Assembly (NCBI GenBank): GCA_002633005.1 | Contig: NMRA01001187.1 | Location: 1 to 42,023 of the forward strand | Reading direction: 5' to 3' | Origin: Phoronis australis | Lineage: Eukaryota > Animalia > Phoronida | DNA length: 42,023 nucleotides | Shown here: positions 1-12,340 of the stretch, one piece after another | How positions within the stretch are numbered: the first letter of the stretch is position 1 | Layout: each line of letters opens with the position of its first letter | Notes under the pieces: model-generated | What the model was told of the DNA's origin: nothing | What the model saw: the letters and a program-made list of their open reading frames with translations, nothing else | Database searches by the model: none | Program-made: the position numbers and the translations under genes

Positions 1-117
1 GTCTACATCCCTGGCCCCTGCAACTTTCGGGCCGCCTGTGCACATACAATCGCACTTTGCCCAATTCCACGAGGCAGCATATGTTGGGCCCCCTGCGGTA
101 TCCTAGATCCGCCACTG
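1..117. mobile_element. Right end of a hAT-type non-autonomous element (TIR CAGTGGCGGATCTAGG)
   Basis: The sequence ends in CCTAGATCCGCCACTG (102-117). The same terminal motif appears inverted at 40043 (CAGTGGCGGATTTAGG) and as CTGGATCCGCCCCTG at 32906-32920. Confidence 0.5.
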
Positions 118-926
118 AATTCCAGACATTAATTTTACTTAGACACAGCCCTAGACCTAGGCTACCGGAGCTAACTGTTTGCCCAGGACGAGATGAGTGT
201 GTACCTGAGCTATGAACCTGAATTTTTTGATCAAAATATTTCGTGACAAGATTAGAAAAGCTATCGAGTCGATCTAGTCAGAGACTATAGTGCATGTGTT
301 GTCTGTAATCTATGACTTACTTTACTCCAGGAGTCCCACCAGTTGTGACCTACTTTCCATTTGGCGAAATTTAGCAGACGACAGAATAAAAATATCGGTG
401 AATCTTCACGGATTTTATTCGAAAGACCATGAAATCTATGGAATCACACAGATAATTGGACTTTAAGGTACATACCCAGCTTTACATGAACATATCTTAT
501 CAGTGGCCTTGTCATTTGTCAGGTGAAGGTAGCCCCGAGGCCGAGGGGTTCTTCGGATTTTCTCTGGCTCCTCGAGCACTTATTTTTTCATCGTCACCTT
601 TACAAATTCCCATATCATGAACGTACGATTCACTGTTGAAAAGCATCACCCCTTGTCTCTGTCGACGCGTTTTCAAATAGTGCAAAAACACTCATCGATT
701 CCACCAAGAACGTCGTTAAGCTACAGTGTATTTGCCTCTGACCTCTCGTTCGAATGTTGGGTATCACGTGACTTTTCGCGTAGGGGTGGAGCTTGCGATA
801 GGTCAATTGTCAAAAGACCGTCAGGGCTCAAGCGCCTCATGTGCCAAAAGGGTTAATTTCCAGTTGACAGTCAATATAAACCATTGAAAACTAAATTTCA
901 AGCCCAAAATTTGCGTAAAACTTTAA

Positions 927-1410
927 AGTCCTTCTCTCGCGCGTTGTTAACCCTTATTACATGGTTACAGGATGTTATAAGGATCCAAGAAGTACCTACC
1001 CCATAACTAATACACGATCCGTACTCGAAAAAAGTTTAAATGAACGCGTCACTCACGATTCGCACCCGAAGAACCACCGCCATTTTGAACTTGCCGCGAA
1101 CCCGGAAGTACACTTCATTCAGGAACCCAGGCCGAGAACACGCCGTCAGTGCGACTGGAGCAGTGCCTGTACTGTTACCAGCCAGCAAACGGGGATAAAA
1201 TAATTGACAAAGCGTCTTAATTTTAATAAAATCAAACTGCGGAAAATTTTATCGAATTTGCTGAAGAAATGAGGCGAATAAATTTTGACTAAAATTATTT
1301 TGCCAGACTCGGGCCGCAGCCTGTTGGACCCGGTGCGGATGGAGACCAGACACTGGTGAACGGTAAATGCATGCGGTTGCAAGCTGTTTTGCAAAATGGT
1401 CAAATCATAA
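927..1410 (+). mobile_element. Kolobok-type element end (family C), truncated copy
   Basis: Starts TTAA|AGTCCT (TTAA 923-926). About 480 bp align by eye, in inverted orientation, with 35730-36221, which ends AGGACT|TTAA. Contains YY1-like CCGCCATTTTG and ETS-like CCGGAAGT motifs. Confidence 0.6.
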
Positions 1411-1563
1411 GTGCTGCATATATTCAAGGGTAGTTTCAGACACTTGCATGAAATTACGGGCTGGTTAGTCCTGTGTCACACTGCCGCGGCAGACCTTAGC
1501 CTCAGTCACCAGCTACCACTGAAGACTATCGTCAAAATACAGCTTGTTAGTAGGCCTATACAG

Positions 1564-1714
1564 CCTCCCGTTCAGTAACGCTAGGACCTAGCTAAAAAGC
1601 AAGACTTCGCGGGATTACGTGAGATATTGCCGTGCACTTTAAATGAGAGCACGTGACTTTGACCAGGTTTTAGCTAGATCCTAGCGTAGGTCATAGCGTC
1701 TACTAAACGCACGC
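1564..1714. mobile_element. PIF/Harbinger-type MITE with 3-bp TSD (CAG)
   Basis: Imperfect TIRs (CCTCCCGTTCAGTAACGCTAGGACCTAGC ... TAGCGTCTACTAAACGCACGC) with CAG on both sides (1561-1563, 1715-1717). A second, split copy lies at 36275-38796 with a CGG TSD. Confidence 0.75.
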
Positions 1715-1854
1715 CAGCTTTGCGCCAAGGCTACCCTTAGGCAAAACTGGTCGCTGGCCACAGCGCTCGCTCAAACGAGGTTTATTTAGAACTTGGGTAC
1801 TTCTGGCGAACTGTGCAAAGTTGTTGGCGTTCAATAGAGATTTTCCCAGACTTT

Positions 1855-2172
1855 GTATGAGCGCAAGCCTAAAAGAATGGGGGGCTGGAATTTTTGGAAA
1901 TGTCTATCTTTTACCATAAGATTCAGTGGGTATGTTCAGAGCTATGAATTGCAGACTCAAAATTTTGGTACTTCCTGTCTTCTAGTGGAATATTGTCTCC
2001 TTTTCTACTTTTTCGGAATTCGTGCTTCTGTGACTGAGGCAGACCTTTTTCCAGTTCTCCAAAAAGGGGGCTCGTTNTTCTAGTGGAATATTGTCTCATT
2101 TTCTACTTTTTTTGGAATTCGTGCTTCTGTGACTGAGGCAGACCTTTTTCCAGTTCTCCAAAAAGGGGGCTC
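1855..2172 (+). mobile_element. Diverged copy of the CATGCGCGCACCCA-terminus MITE family, with an internal ~98-bp tandem duplication (1981-2073 / 2079-2172)
   Basis: Aligns in reverse with 19610-19791 and 21887-22161 (shared ATGGGGGGCT.GAATTTT, CAGAGCT.TGAATTG, TAGTGGA). The near-identical duplicated unit is directly visible. Confidence 0.6.
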
Positions 2173-2818
2173 ATTCGACCACATAAGTATGACAAGTCCA
2201 ATACAACATGTTATCATTTTTTATTCATTAACCCAAAATTATTCAAACTTTAACATAATAAGTAACTTAAAATGCACAATACTTTACCACATTTAGCATT
2301 ACAAACACTATTCAACAGCAACAGTTTCCATGATATGAAAGTGCAGGACATACATGTAACTATTACCATGGTGATGGAATAGTGTTTCCTTACACCAGAA
2401 TTTGACAAGCATCATTAAAAAAATATGAAGTTGCAAGGAACAAGAATTAGAGGCTTGAAGCTTCACAATCCAATATAGCTTATTTCTCAAATTAAGATTA
2501 TTCATATTGTTGACTTGATAACCTGAATTAAGAAGCAATAAGTTACAAACCATGACTTGAAAGCAATTGAGACTAAAAATTTAGAAAAATATGAATCATT
2601 TTGTGACACCGAATCAAGTCTTGAACAGCAGTTGACAGTCAAACAAAAAACCATTTCAAAATTATTTCAACTATTTTTTTTAGCTTAGTGTAAGATCACC
2701 TGAATGGGAAATTTACAGTAAAATAATTCGAATATATCTTATATTTTTGAACAAAAAACACGAAAATTGAAAAAAGTTTCTTTTTGTAGCAACGTTTGTC
2801 AAAATGTATCAACGTAAA

Positions 2819-3600
2819 AGGCGAATGCCACCCGATTTAATTAGTCTTTTTTGCCGTCTTAATCGGTCTATTTCCACATCGCCTCGCGTACGGTAGACCT
2901 TACCTTGCCAAGAGGTGTCGCATTAGCCTGTGAGGAAGGTGAGAAACGACGCTAGCGACGTCAGTGGTTCATATGAAGAGTGAATGCCACTATGTTGTGG
3001 TGTATCGTTCCCGCTTGTCTGAACTAAGCAGCTGCGAGGAAAGCGAGTATATAGTTTTTTTTTACTTCCTCGAGAGTCCGAAATGCTTAGGAAGTGGCTC
3101 ATGGTAGTGAAGAATGAAATGTACGCTGTAAATAGCAAGTATGACATCTCCGTGTCTGTGGCCTGCAGACAACGTCGACAGTGCCTCATGAATGCCGGCT
3201 TACCAAATAACTCCATACGTTCCGTTGAGAGCTTGATCACGGCGCCTCTTTAGTATTTGTTCATCACTGTATTCCTGTTCGAATTGATCCACCTGCGAAG
3301 TAGGGATTGATGAGCTGCTCTAGCTCGTCCTAAGTCGGGATTGCGAGTTGCCATGTAGACCATTCTGTTTCAAAATTAATTATTCTCACTCTAACCAATA
3401 TATAAAAGTGAAACAAAGTCTGTCTCATTAGATGTAATTTGAAATGCTTTTGGAGTGTTCGTGAGTGCACGAAATGATTTGAGAAGCCAGCAATGAATAG
3501 TCACTGCGTTACCGGCTTTAGGTGCAATAAAACTAATTGACAGGACACCGAGGCCGTGTGAGCTCTAATTTAGTGTTTGCTGGCAGGAACTTCTGTTGTG
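2819..3600 (+). mobile_element. Truncated Kolobok-type element (family B) with a degraded THAP domain
   Basis: Starts AGGCGAATGCCACCC, like AGGAGAATGTCACCC at 17370, and is colinear with 17370-18150. Frameshifted THAP remnant: MLWCIVPACLN..., then ...LPRESEMLRKWLMVVKNEMYAVNSKY. Confidence 0.7.
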
Positions 3601-4100
3601 AAACAACTCGATTTCCATCCCACGGCCAGGTGTTAGGGGAATCTTTATTTACATTTACATTACTCAAATAATGATTGTCAATGTACAACTNATGGCCGAC
3701 GCGATCCAAACAAAGTGACCCAAATTTCGCCACAAAACTTGCAATAACTTTACCCTGCTTGCCCCGATTTTGATACTTTTTCGATTTTTACTGAGTAGAC
3801 TGTACTACCTTTCCGATGATAGCAAAGTACTATTTCAAAACGAGAAAAAAATAATAAAACCGAAAAAATAGGTCCGACCCATATTGGTTCCTAGGTTCGA
3901 CCGACCTACGTAAGGAACTAAACACCAATGCTAATTTAACATACTAAGTACGCGTAACATTCCAAAAAACAACAACAACCACTAACTACAAACTATAAAT
4001 ACACTACATATGCAAACGAATCACGAGATATTACTAACAAAAAAATGAAAGCGCTCCGAGGAGCGAAATTTGACGAAATTAACCAAAAAATGACGATAAA

Positions 4101-4363
4101 GATGATGACGAATATGACGATGGTGGCAAGGATGAACAAAAGTAATAATAACATACACATGACGAACGTAGAAGTCCGAAATCAGTAAGAAAAAGGCTAC
4201 AGTCTTGAGCGACACTTGGCGAAATTAACGGAAAAGACAACGACGGAGATGATGACGACGATGATGACGAATATGATGATGGTGGTAGAGATGATGGACA
4301 ACATCACAACATTCATATGACGAACTTAGATATCATAAATCAATAAGAAATAGGCTACAGTCT
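4101..4363. repeat. Two-copy tandem duplication (~159-bp period) with GAT/GAC-rich units
   Basis: GATGATGACGAATATGA.GATGGTGG...ATGACGAAC.TAGA...TAAGAAA.AGGCTACAGTCT occurs at 4101-4205 and 4260-4363. Confidence 0.7.
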
Positions 4364-4749
4364 AGTTCAATATAAGAGAAACCCACATCAATGCAGCAAG
4401 AGCGCTCAACAAAGAAACAGCGTTATCAGAAAATCTCAAATAACTCGAAAAGTAGACGTCCTAGCGAAAAATGGAAAACATCTTCTGAAAGCCCGTTCAA
4501 AATTCTATCTAAACTGATGGTAAAGCTTAATTCCGTAAATTTATCGAAAAAAATGAAATTTTGCGTTTTTTTAAGAAATTCAAAGTCAAATAACTCGAAA
4601 ACGGTAAGTCTGAGAAAAAAATTGTTAGAGGTAATTTGAAAGAATATACTTCAAAGAATCCACATGCAAAAAATTACGTCTTTCTTTTCCCGTTTAAAGT
4701 CGCACGCCAGATCCGCCATCTTGAAAGCAACTTCCGGTTTTTTGGCTTT

Positions 4750-4845
4750 GGTGGCACTGAATAATTAGGTTGTGGCCGCGGTCAATTTGCACTCCCAAAA
4801 TGTTAAAATCTAGGACTAGGCCAGGCTTGGGGGCATTTTTTAGTT
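4750..4845 (+). repeat. Dispersed repeat end (GGTGGCACTGAATA...), second copy at 41950-42023
   Basis: GGTGGCACTGAATA.TTAGG.TG.GGCCGCGG.CAATTTGCACT.CCAAAAT is shared with the window end, where it follows TAA (Harbinger-like). Confidence 0.65.
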
Positions 4846-6049
4846 AGGTATTATGTGTAGGCCAAGTGAATGTTTTTTTTTTGTATTTGTGAACNGGCTT
4901 GTGATGTGAAATGACTCAAAACATTTCCTTATTTGCATGTAGTTTTTGACAAAGTGAAGAAAGGGTGAAGAGGGCATTGACGTATGTTCTGACAGGCAAA
5001 CCCCTGTGAGAACTGTTCTGTGCCTCCTTTGTATAATAGCATGTCATAAGAAACTAATACCTGTAAAAATTCGAAGGAATTGGCCTTATAATGCGCCCTC
5101 TACAGGAGAAAACGTTTATAGGCCAAAATCGAGGTGCGCATGCGCGATCGCCGATATTTTCGCCATCTTTAACCGGAAGTAAACAATTTCCGGTGTACTT
5201 GTAGAAATCTTCCGTTCCATTTACTGTACTGATTCTTAGATTTTTACGTAAAAAATTGTAGCCTCCAGAAGCATTTGAATCTTTAAATGAAAACAAAATG
5301 GCCGCCAAAGCCGCTATCTTGGATCCAATTTTGACGAAAAACAATAGGCTTCCAGTACTTCCGGAAGTACGTGTTATGTGTAAATTTCGTGATGATCGGA
5401 CGAAAATTGCGACCTGTATCGTGCGAATAAACAAAAAAAAACAAACTTAGTGGAAGAGCAACATACTTAATACAAGTAATAATGAAGACTTTTCGAGCAA
5501 GCGATAGCACATTCAGTTACAAGGAAAAATAGCGGCATTCAGGACAAGTTCCTGAATTGATGAGCCGGAAATGTGGGTACGGAAATAACCGATGACAACC
5601 GATAATCATACGCTCAGAGAGAAGGGTCAAATACTGTTCAAAAATCGCTTTTGGCAAGAAAGGCGAAAAGAATATAAAGAAAGGGTGTCGAAAATAAGAT
5701 TTTATGTAGTAAGTATTTTCGGATACTGGAACCACATGGGTTAAAGCACCACCTATAGGTTAAGTGAGGCATTGTTCACTTTTAATTCACTTTTGCCACC
5801 TGTCTAGGCGGGGCGGGGATGGATAATCGTTGGTTTTTAATAATTGTGTACTGGAATTCGTTCAGATGTTATCTTTTTCACATAGATAAAATTGCAAATA
5901 CCTTTGATCATGAAACGGACGAAACATACCATTGTCATGTGTGACAAACAATCCCCGTGCGCAGTTAAGCGTGCAACGGGTTGTCAGGATGCATTGTTTA
6001 TTAACTTTAGCTTGCTAAATGCATGATATCATCCGGCTTTTACATTTTT

Positions 6050-6240
6050 AGGTTACACACCGCTCTATTCGACACCTGATTGATCACTCAGATTTCTTTT
6101 ATTCAGTATAGCGTGGTCTAGTTCATTCAGCCACCTACCTCGTTGTCTACAAGGCCTCTCGGTACTTTTTGCACCCTCCATACCGGGTGACTGTTTTCAT
6201 TTCTCCTTATTATACATCATCTGTAAGGCCCTTCAGGCTT
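6050..6240 (+). repeat. Dispersed repeat, diverged copy at ~12480-12715
   Basis: Both copies share the core CGTGGTCT...TCATTCAGCCACCTACCTCGT..TCTACAAG and the downstream GCCCTTCAGGC. Confidence 0.6.
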
Positions 6241-7931
6241 TTGTTAATGGTTCCCACTAGTTACTGAATACAATACCCAAGTCAAAGGATCACTACGACA
6301 CGCTACCCGCATTCAAACTGGAAATCGATGATTTACAAGTGAGAGAAAATGACAGATAAATTTTACTTGACCTCGAACCGTCAAAAGAGGACTGATGCGT
6401 CGGCTTTTGGGAACATTTTTGTACTTTTACCGCGAATTTGTTGCGATCTCGCTAGAGCAGGACACTGTGAATGGTATTAGAAGAAAGAAAAATTACCAAT
6501 GGTTTGTTGAAACCCTGTTTTGTGTAAATTTACTGAGTTTTGTTTTTGATATGGACGACTGAAGTGAAGCACCAGTGAAATTTCTTATCCCGAGCGTCAT
6601 ACCTTGTAGTAATATATGTATTGGGGACGATCAGAAGCTGAGGACGCCTGTGGTGCTTGGGATAGGATCAACAATAAAAAAACAAAAGAGCGTCGCCAGC
6701 AAAACGAAAATGGCACCGTCAGCGAGGGTAAATGGCAAGTAAATCACCTTGAAAAAACTGAGACGTTCACCCTGAAAACTATAATTTCTTTGCATTGTGA
6801 CTGGCTGTAATCACGGAAAGCAAAACATTTCAAGTTTCTCGCCGCTTCCCTGCATGTCCACTAGGCCCCCTAGAGGACCCCTAGGGAACCAGCAAGTTCG
6901 AGTTTTCGTGACTCATCAGCAAGTCGCGCGGAGTGTACGCTTACGTCTGAAGTACTAGCCAAGCATTTTAGATGGATCCACCGGGGAAAAAGCAAAGATC
7001 CATTGCCGATTATTTTAGGTAACTAGCGTCTTTACTCTAAGATATGTTTTAATATGATTAGAGAAAATAGTATGGTACCGCAACCCTGACATTCAGGCAA
7101 ATCAACGTGCTACGTTTTTACCTCGTGTGTTATGACACGTGACTACCGGATAAAGACTCTCTAGGTCAGGTGTCATGCAAGCGTTTCTTGACTGAACCGG
7201 ATAGACGTTTGTCTCTCACTCGTGCAACCTGTGTTCAATTCCCGGATTTATTTTAAAAAACGACCAACACGTTTTCCACTCCCTTCTGAGGGCTGTTATG
7301 GAAGGCACTGTGGTTTGGTTGACAGCGTACTCGAACAGTGTACAGTATCAGAAATTGTGTGCAGGCAGTACGTTCTCAGCAAGTCTTGCGGCATTCGCGC
7401 GCGCGGATGTGTTCAAGAGGCCTCCTTGATATCCATTTCAGCCCCGCAAAAGGAACTCTGATGCAGACCTCAGCACTGACCTTGTTCACTACCCGCAATA
7501 AGAATCACCGTCGTCTTCTATACTAGAAATTTTCGCAGAAAGACCCACCCACTTGAGCTTTACTTGGTGTTACAACTTCGGGATTCAAGTGTTCAGACAT
7601 TGGGAAGTCTATCCGGAAAATTTCATCTGAAAGTCAATTCATTGTCTACTTGTAGTCCCAAATTTGGTTTTTTGGAGCATATATCATTTCTTAACTAAGA
7701 ATAAAGTATTGGCGCACTTGGTACTTTTCACAGCACATACCCGTTTACATGCCTCCCCGTGTCCGAATAATAACCCATGGTGTTTACCTGAAGTTTCTGA
7801 AGCGCCAGAAAATATAATTTTCCGAATTAATACCCATGAGCTTATCTGAGAAAATTCCCGGTAGCCTGTATGTCACTATCTGCTTCACAAATGCCTCCGG
7901 AAGTTAGAACCCTCATCTTTCTTTATTTTAG

Positions 7932-10900
7932 CGTTGGACACTCCCTTAGTGCATGTAGTGATACTGGCCAAACTCGTGCACCCGATTGCGTTACTACCGT
8001 TTCTCAGGCTGATTTTGCTGTTTCTAATGCTGTAACTGTTTCTCCTGACGTTACCACCCATGCCCCTGATGCCGTAGCCACTGACTCTGGTGTTTCCTAC
8101 TGTCTCTAGTGCTACAACTACCACTGAATTTGACGCTATTACCACTTTTCCTGGTGGTTTAGGCACCGTCCCCAACGACATTTCCGCTGCTCCTGATGCT
8201 TTACCCACTGTCTCCGATGCTGTACATATAACTACACACTGTTCTGTCCCAACCACTCCTCCTATGTATGACATTGGTGTAATTGTGCAGAGTGGAAATG
8301 CTTCGACTTTAACTGACAGTGAGAGATTTCAGTATCTAACAAGCAAACACACAGGCTAAGATTTTGCCACATATAAGGTTCATAAAAGGGGAAAGGAAGT
8401 ACCCTTGACATTCCAGTCGTCATGGGTACAAGATTATCCTTGGCTTGCGTATTCCCCTTCTCAAGGTGGTGGTTACTGTAAATACTGTGTACTGTAAATA
8501 CTGTAAACACTGTGTACTGTAAATACTGTGTACTGTAAATACTGTAAATACTGTGTACTGTAAATACTGTGTACTGTAAATACTGTGTACTGTAAATACT
8601 GTAAATACTGTGTACTGTAAATACTGTAAATACTGTGTACTGTAAATACTGTGTACTGTAAATACTGTAAATACTGTGTACTGTTTGCCAAGCCACAGGG
8701 AAGGGTGGCCGCGGGCAGTTTGGTGAAGACTCCGTTCAGGAACTTCAGTAAAGCGAAAGGCAAAGATGGCTACCTAACTTCGCATGGCAATCACAATTTT
8801 CATCACGAGGCAATGATAGCTGGTAAATGGTTTATTGAAAATTACAAAAACCCCGCCAACAGGATTGACATGAGTAGAATAGACAAGAAGCGACAAGAGC
8901 TATCTGACAAAAATAAACACGTCTTTTCCTTAATTGTGGACATGGTGAAAGTTTGTGGAATGCAAGGCCTTCCCTAAGAGAACACCGCGATGATACCACG
9001 TCAGATGAAAACACGAACGGGGGGAATTTCCTTGCCATTTTAGAGAACACATCGAAAAGTGACCCACTATTGAGAGAACACATGGAACAGGGAAAAAAGA
9101 GTCAACGTTACACTTCAAAAACAACACAAAACGACATCATAGATGTTATTGCAGAGCTCATACAGGAAGAAGTGCTAGCACCACTATCAACAGTGCCCTA
9201 TTACAGCATCATTGCTGATGAGAGAACAGATCCTCATGGAAACCAGGAAATAATGTCTCTGCATCAGGCTCATCAACATAAGTGATAACGAACCTCATAT
9301 CAAGGAAGCTTTCGTTGATTTCTTCCACCCGGAAAGGACCACTGGACAAGATATTGCCAATGCTATCCTCGAAATACTAACCAAGCATGGACTGGACCCG
9401 CAGCACATTCGTGGTCAGTCGTACCACGGGGCGTCTGCTATGGCAGGTCATGTGAGTGGAGCTCGAGCCCTTATCCAGAGTGGTTACCCATTATCTCTAT
9501 TTACTCACCGCAATTCGCATGTCCTTAGTCTGTCTATTGGAAAATCGTGCTCTGTTCAAGCGACAGCGCTTCCTTGAACTGGTTCTGGATGTGTGCGCTC
9601 CAGATAATCGCGTCTTCAAGCTCAAGGGTCTCTGGAAAACCAGATGGACTGAGAGACACGAATGTCTAGAAATATTCCATGCTCTCTTTAAGTATATCTT
9701 CACCACGTTTGATGCCATGGTAGAACTCAATCAATATCCCCAGATTGAGGAGGCAAGATATGCAAATTGGTCTTGGGATGCATCGTCCTTGACAAAAGCA
9801 CAAGGTTTGAAACAGTCCATGATGAGCGGGTCAAATATAGTTTCGCTTGTGACTCTTTTGAGCGGACTTGACAACCTCAAGGGGCTTAGTGCCAAGCTGC
9901 AAAAACGAGACGCTGACGTTGTAGATGCTTACAAGCTCATTGACACAGCAGTTGACGAAGTACAAGCATTGAGAACAAACATCAAAGACGTCTGGGTTGA
10001 ATGTTCCAAGATGCGCAAACCATAGCTGAGAATATTGGATCCAATATCCAGATTCCTCGGCAATCCAGACACCAGAAGCATAGGGCTAACGTTCCTACAG
10101 AAACACCCAGGTAATAAATTGTAATTTGACACATTTTATACATAATTTCATTTTCTGACATACTCCTTTCTTTGATGCTTGTATACAATGAAAACGAAAA
10201 AAGAAAATTATTTTCGGACATGCTAAATTTACCCACTAAAGCAGAGGGTCTGCGAGCACACAGAAGACGATTCTATTTTGTATTTCCTCTTTGCTCTTTA
10301 TCTGCTTTTCTATGCCACGTAGTGCGTAGTTAAATTTACTGTCAATACTTGTTTCTTCCAGTGAGTACTACAGAATAACCATGGGAAATACCCTTCATAG
10401 ACAACCTGTCGCAGCAGCTGACCACCAGGTTTTCGAAAGACAACAGGCAGGTGGAAGCTGTCATGTCCCGTGTGCCTTTAGTGGTTAGCAGGATGAGGTA
10501 TGCAGACTTAGACTTACTGGAGGATAGGCTGTATTTCTGGGACATAGACTTGCCATCACCAGACTCCCTGAAGGTAACTCACTTCTTACCATTGGCATTT
10601 TGAGTAACACGTTGTGTCTTCTGTTAAATTACCGATTGTCCTAAGTAATATTAGAAACATAAAAGTATCTATGTCTTTGCTCTAATTTCAGCGAGAACTC
10701 CGACGCTGGTGGTCCTTCTGGAATACTCAAAATCTAGAGGAATTGCCAAGTAACTTGCGTTCCACACTCAATCATGCAGACGGCGACATCTTTCCAGACG
10801 TCAGGGAGCGGATATTGATAGGATGTGTTTTCCCTATCGGATCCTGTGAGGCAGAGAGATCATTTTCTGTGCTGAGGCGTGTGAAGACCCATTTGAGAGC

Positions 10901-11048
10901 TACTATGTCTGAGGAAAGGCTTGCTGGGTTATCTCGGATGGCCATGCATTATGAAACAACGAAAAGAGTAAACACGTCACTGGTCGTCAAGCGCTCTATC
11001 CAGCGCAACCCAAGGCGTGTGTTCTGCAAGTCTATCTTGTTTGACTGA
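7932..11048 (+). pseudogene. Degraded, intron-containing hAT transposase (THAP12/P52rIPK-ZMYM1-like, Tip100/Zaphod group)
   Basis: Motifs appear in order across frameshifts: TTF-type zinc finger (GGYCKYCVLF), DUF4371-like GLP/LREHRDD...GNFLAIL...YTSKTTQNDII, catalytic-region YSIIADERTD, RGQSYHGASAMAG, KTRW, and the C-terminal dimerisation motif SCEAERSFSVLRRVKTHLRATMSEERL. GT-AG introns lie at 10111-10361 and 10574-10691. There are several stops and frameshifts; TIRs were not located. Confidence 0.9.
8474..8684. repeat. Minisatellite of TACTGTAAA (9 bp) and TACTGTG (7 bp) units inside the hAT zinc-finger coding sequence
   Basis: A directly visible ~211-bp array, near-perfect, with irregular alternation of the two units. 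Confidence 0.95.
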
Positions 11049-11270
11049 AAGTGCGCCAAATTTTATCAATGATCCATAAAATACATGTATGAACAAGCAC
11101 TGGGGAATAACCCAAAGGTCAACGTGATTCAGTTTAATAAAGTGATACTTAAGTGTTCATTGTCGTGTTCAGTGATATACTATGCGCTGATATCATCATC
11201 GTTCGTCATTTTCTCGTAACGAGACAGAACATTTGTTTGTTTCCGGGCATAACAGTGTCAGTCTTTGTTC

Positions 11271-11720
11271 TTAAATAGCTGGAGGCTGTTGCCACGCAAT
11301 CATATGATTAATTGACCTATCCAAGCCATTCTTTATCACGTTGTCTAGAGAGACGGACAGCTTTGAATAGTCTTTAACGATATCCCACATATCGTTCTGA
11401 GCTAAGTTACAGATTCTTTCTTTAGGATCTTTCACACATTTCACTTGATTTGTGACTAATTGGTTAGTCAACTCTTCTCGAAAATTCTAAAAATATTTTG
11501 ACTTTCAATCCACAACTGTGTTGACCTCTTTCTTCTACCTTGTATTGTTTACCTATTTCGATCAGCATTATTTAATTTGAACCAGTATTTAACGATTCTT
11601 TAATATCTTACAAATCTTAAACTGACTGTGCCAAACTCTGCTTGTACTGCAGTGATCGGTATACACTGTTTTACTCCCCGAACATATCTAAAGAACTAAA
11701 TTTATTTTGCACCGTTTCAG
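11271..11720 (-). mobile_element. Non-LTR retrotransposon (RTEX-like) post-RT fragment
   Basis: The minus strand reads FFRYVRGVKQCIPITAVQAEFGTVSL, then (frameshifted) IVKYWFKL, matching the typical 'LGV...AVYGELG..PL...KYW' region downstream of RT. Confidence 0.55.
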
Positions 11721-12048
11721 TGTCTTTAGCTTCATTTGCCGAGTTGCATGAAACAGTTCCAAATAGGTACTCAACTAAATTCCTATATCTACTGCGTATT
11801 TAGTGTCTTTACTCACAGGTGTAATCTTTTTTCATCATTTTATCTTTATTATGAGGTTTTCTTTGACTAATGATATTTTCTAATAATATAACTCAAAACT
11901 GTGTCCTGTGTTTAGTGAAAAAAATAGGGACGCAATTTGTAAATTAAGGGCGTTGTATGAAAAGACCTCTATTAATTTTCGATAATATTGAGAATTCAAC
12001 GCAGAGTTCACTATCGATTTTTATCAAAGCCAAAGTTTGACTTAGTAA

Positions 12049-12340
12049 TCAAACTAAAACAGTATAAGAAAGAACAATCAGTGTTTTCACAAGTCCACAA
12101 ATACACAACAGATTTAGGGAACTTAGTCGAGTCCCTGTTTGGGACTGTTTCATGCAATCGAATCCACAAATTTCATTTCCATAACTTAATATGGGGGATA
12201 TTTGTGCATCGAAGAGTTTTGGTTTTATCTCTTTTAACGGTGCAAAGGGCTTCGTTGCCATAATTACAGCCTTTGAAGATTGGTTTTCTGCTCCTTTCTG
12301 TATCTTGGATAAAGAGCAACCACTTGAAAAAGTTAACACA
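12049..12340 (-). mobile_element. Non-LTR retrotransposon (RTEX-like) RT C-terminal fragment
   Basis: KLFDAQISPILSYGNEICGF resembles the LFD..V.PIL.YG.E.WG motif. Confidence 0.65.

Noticed and set aside
6901-6922. Second hammerhead-like string (minus CTGATGAGTCACGAAA)
   Set aside because: Helix II would be only 5 nt in total and I see no convincing helix I or III; likely chance.
7303-7420. tRNA or tRNA-derived SINE head (also a weak candidate at ~25590-25680)
   Set aside because: The A and B boxes are degenerate, there is no cloverleaf, and I see no second copy or TSD to support it.
8474-8684. Possible CRISPR-like array
   Set aside because: There are no unique spacers, it is a simple tandem repeat, the context is eukaryotic and no cas genes are present.
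8262-8763. Minus-strand ORFs with HSIYSIYSTQYLQY repeats
   Set aside because: They are translations of the minisatellite, antisense to the hAT pseudogene.
7932-11048. Domesticated THAP12/ZMYM1-like host gene, suggested by the introns
   Set aside because: It has many stops and frameshifts and mutated conserved residues, and introns are common in hAT transposase genes.
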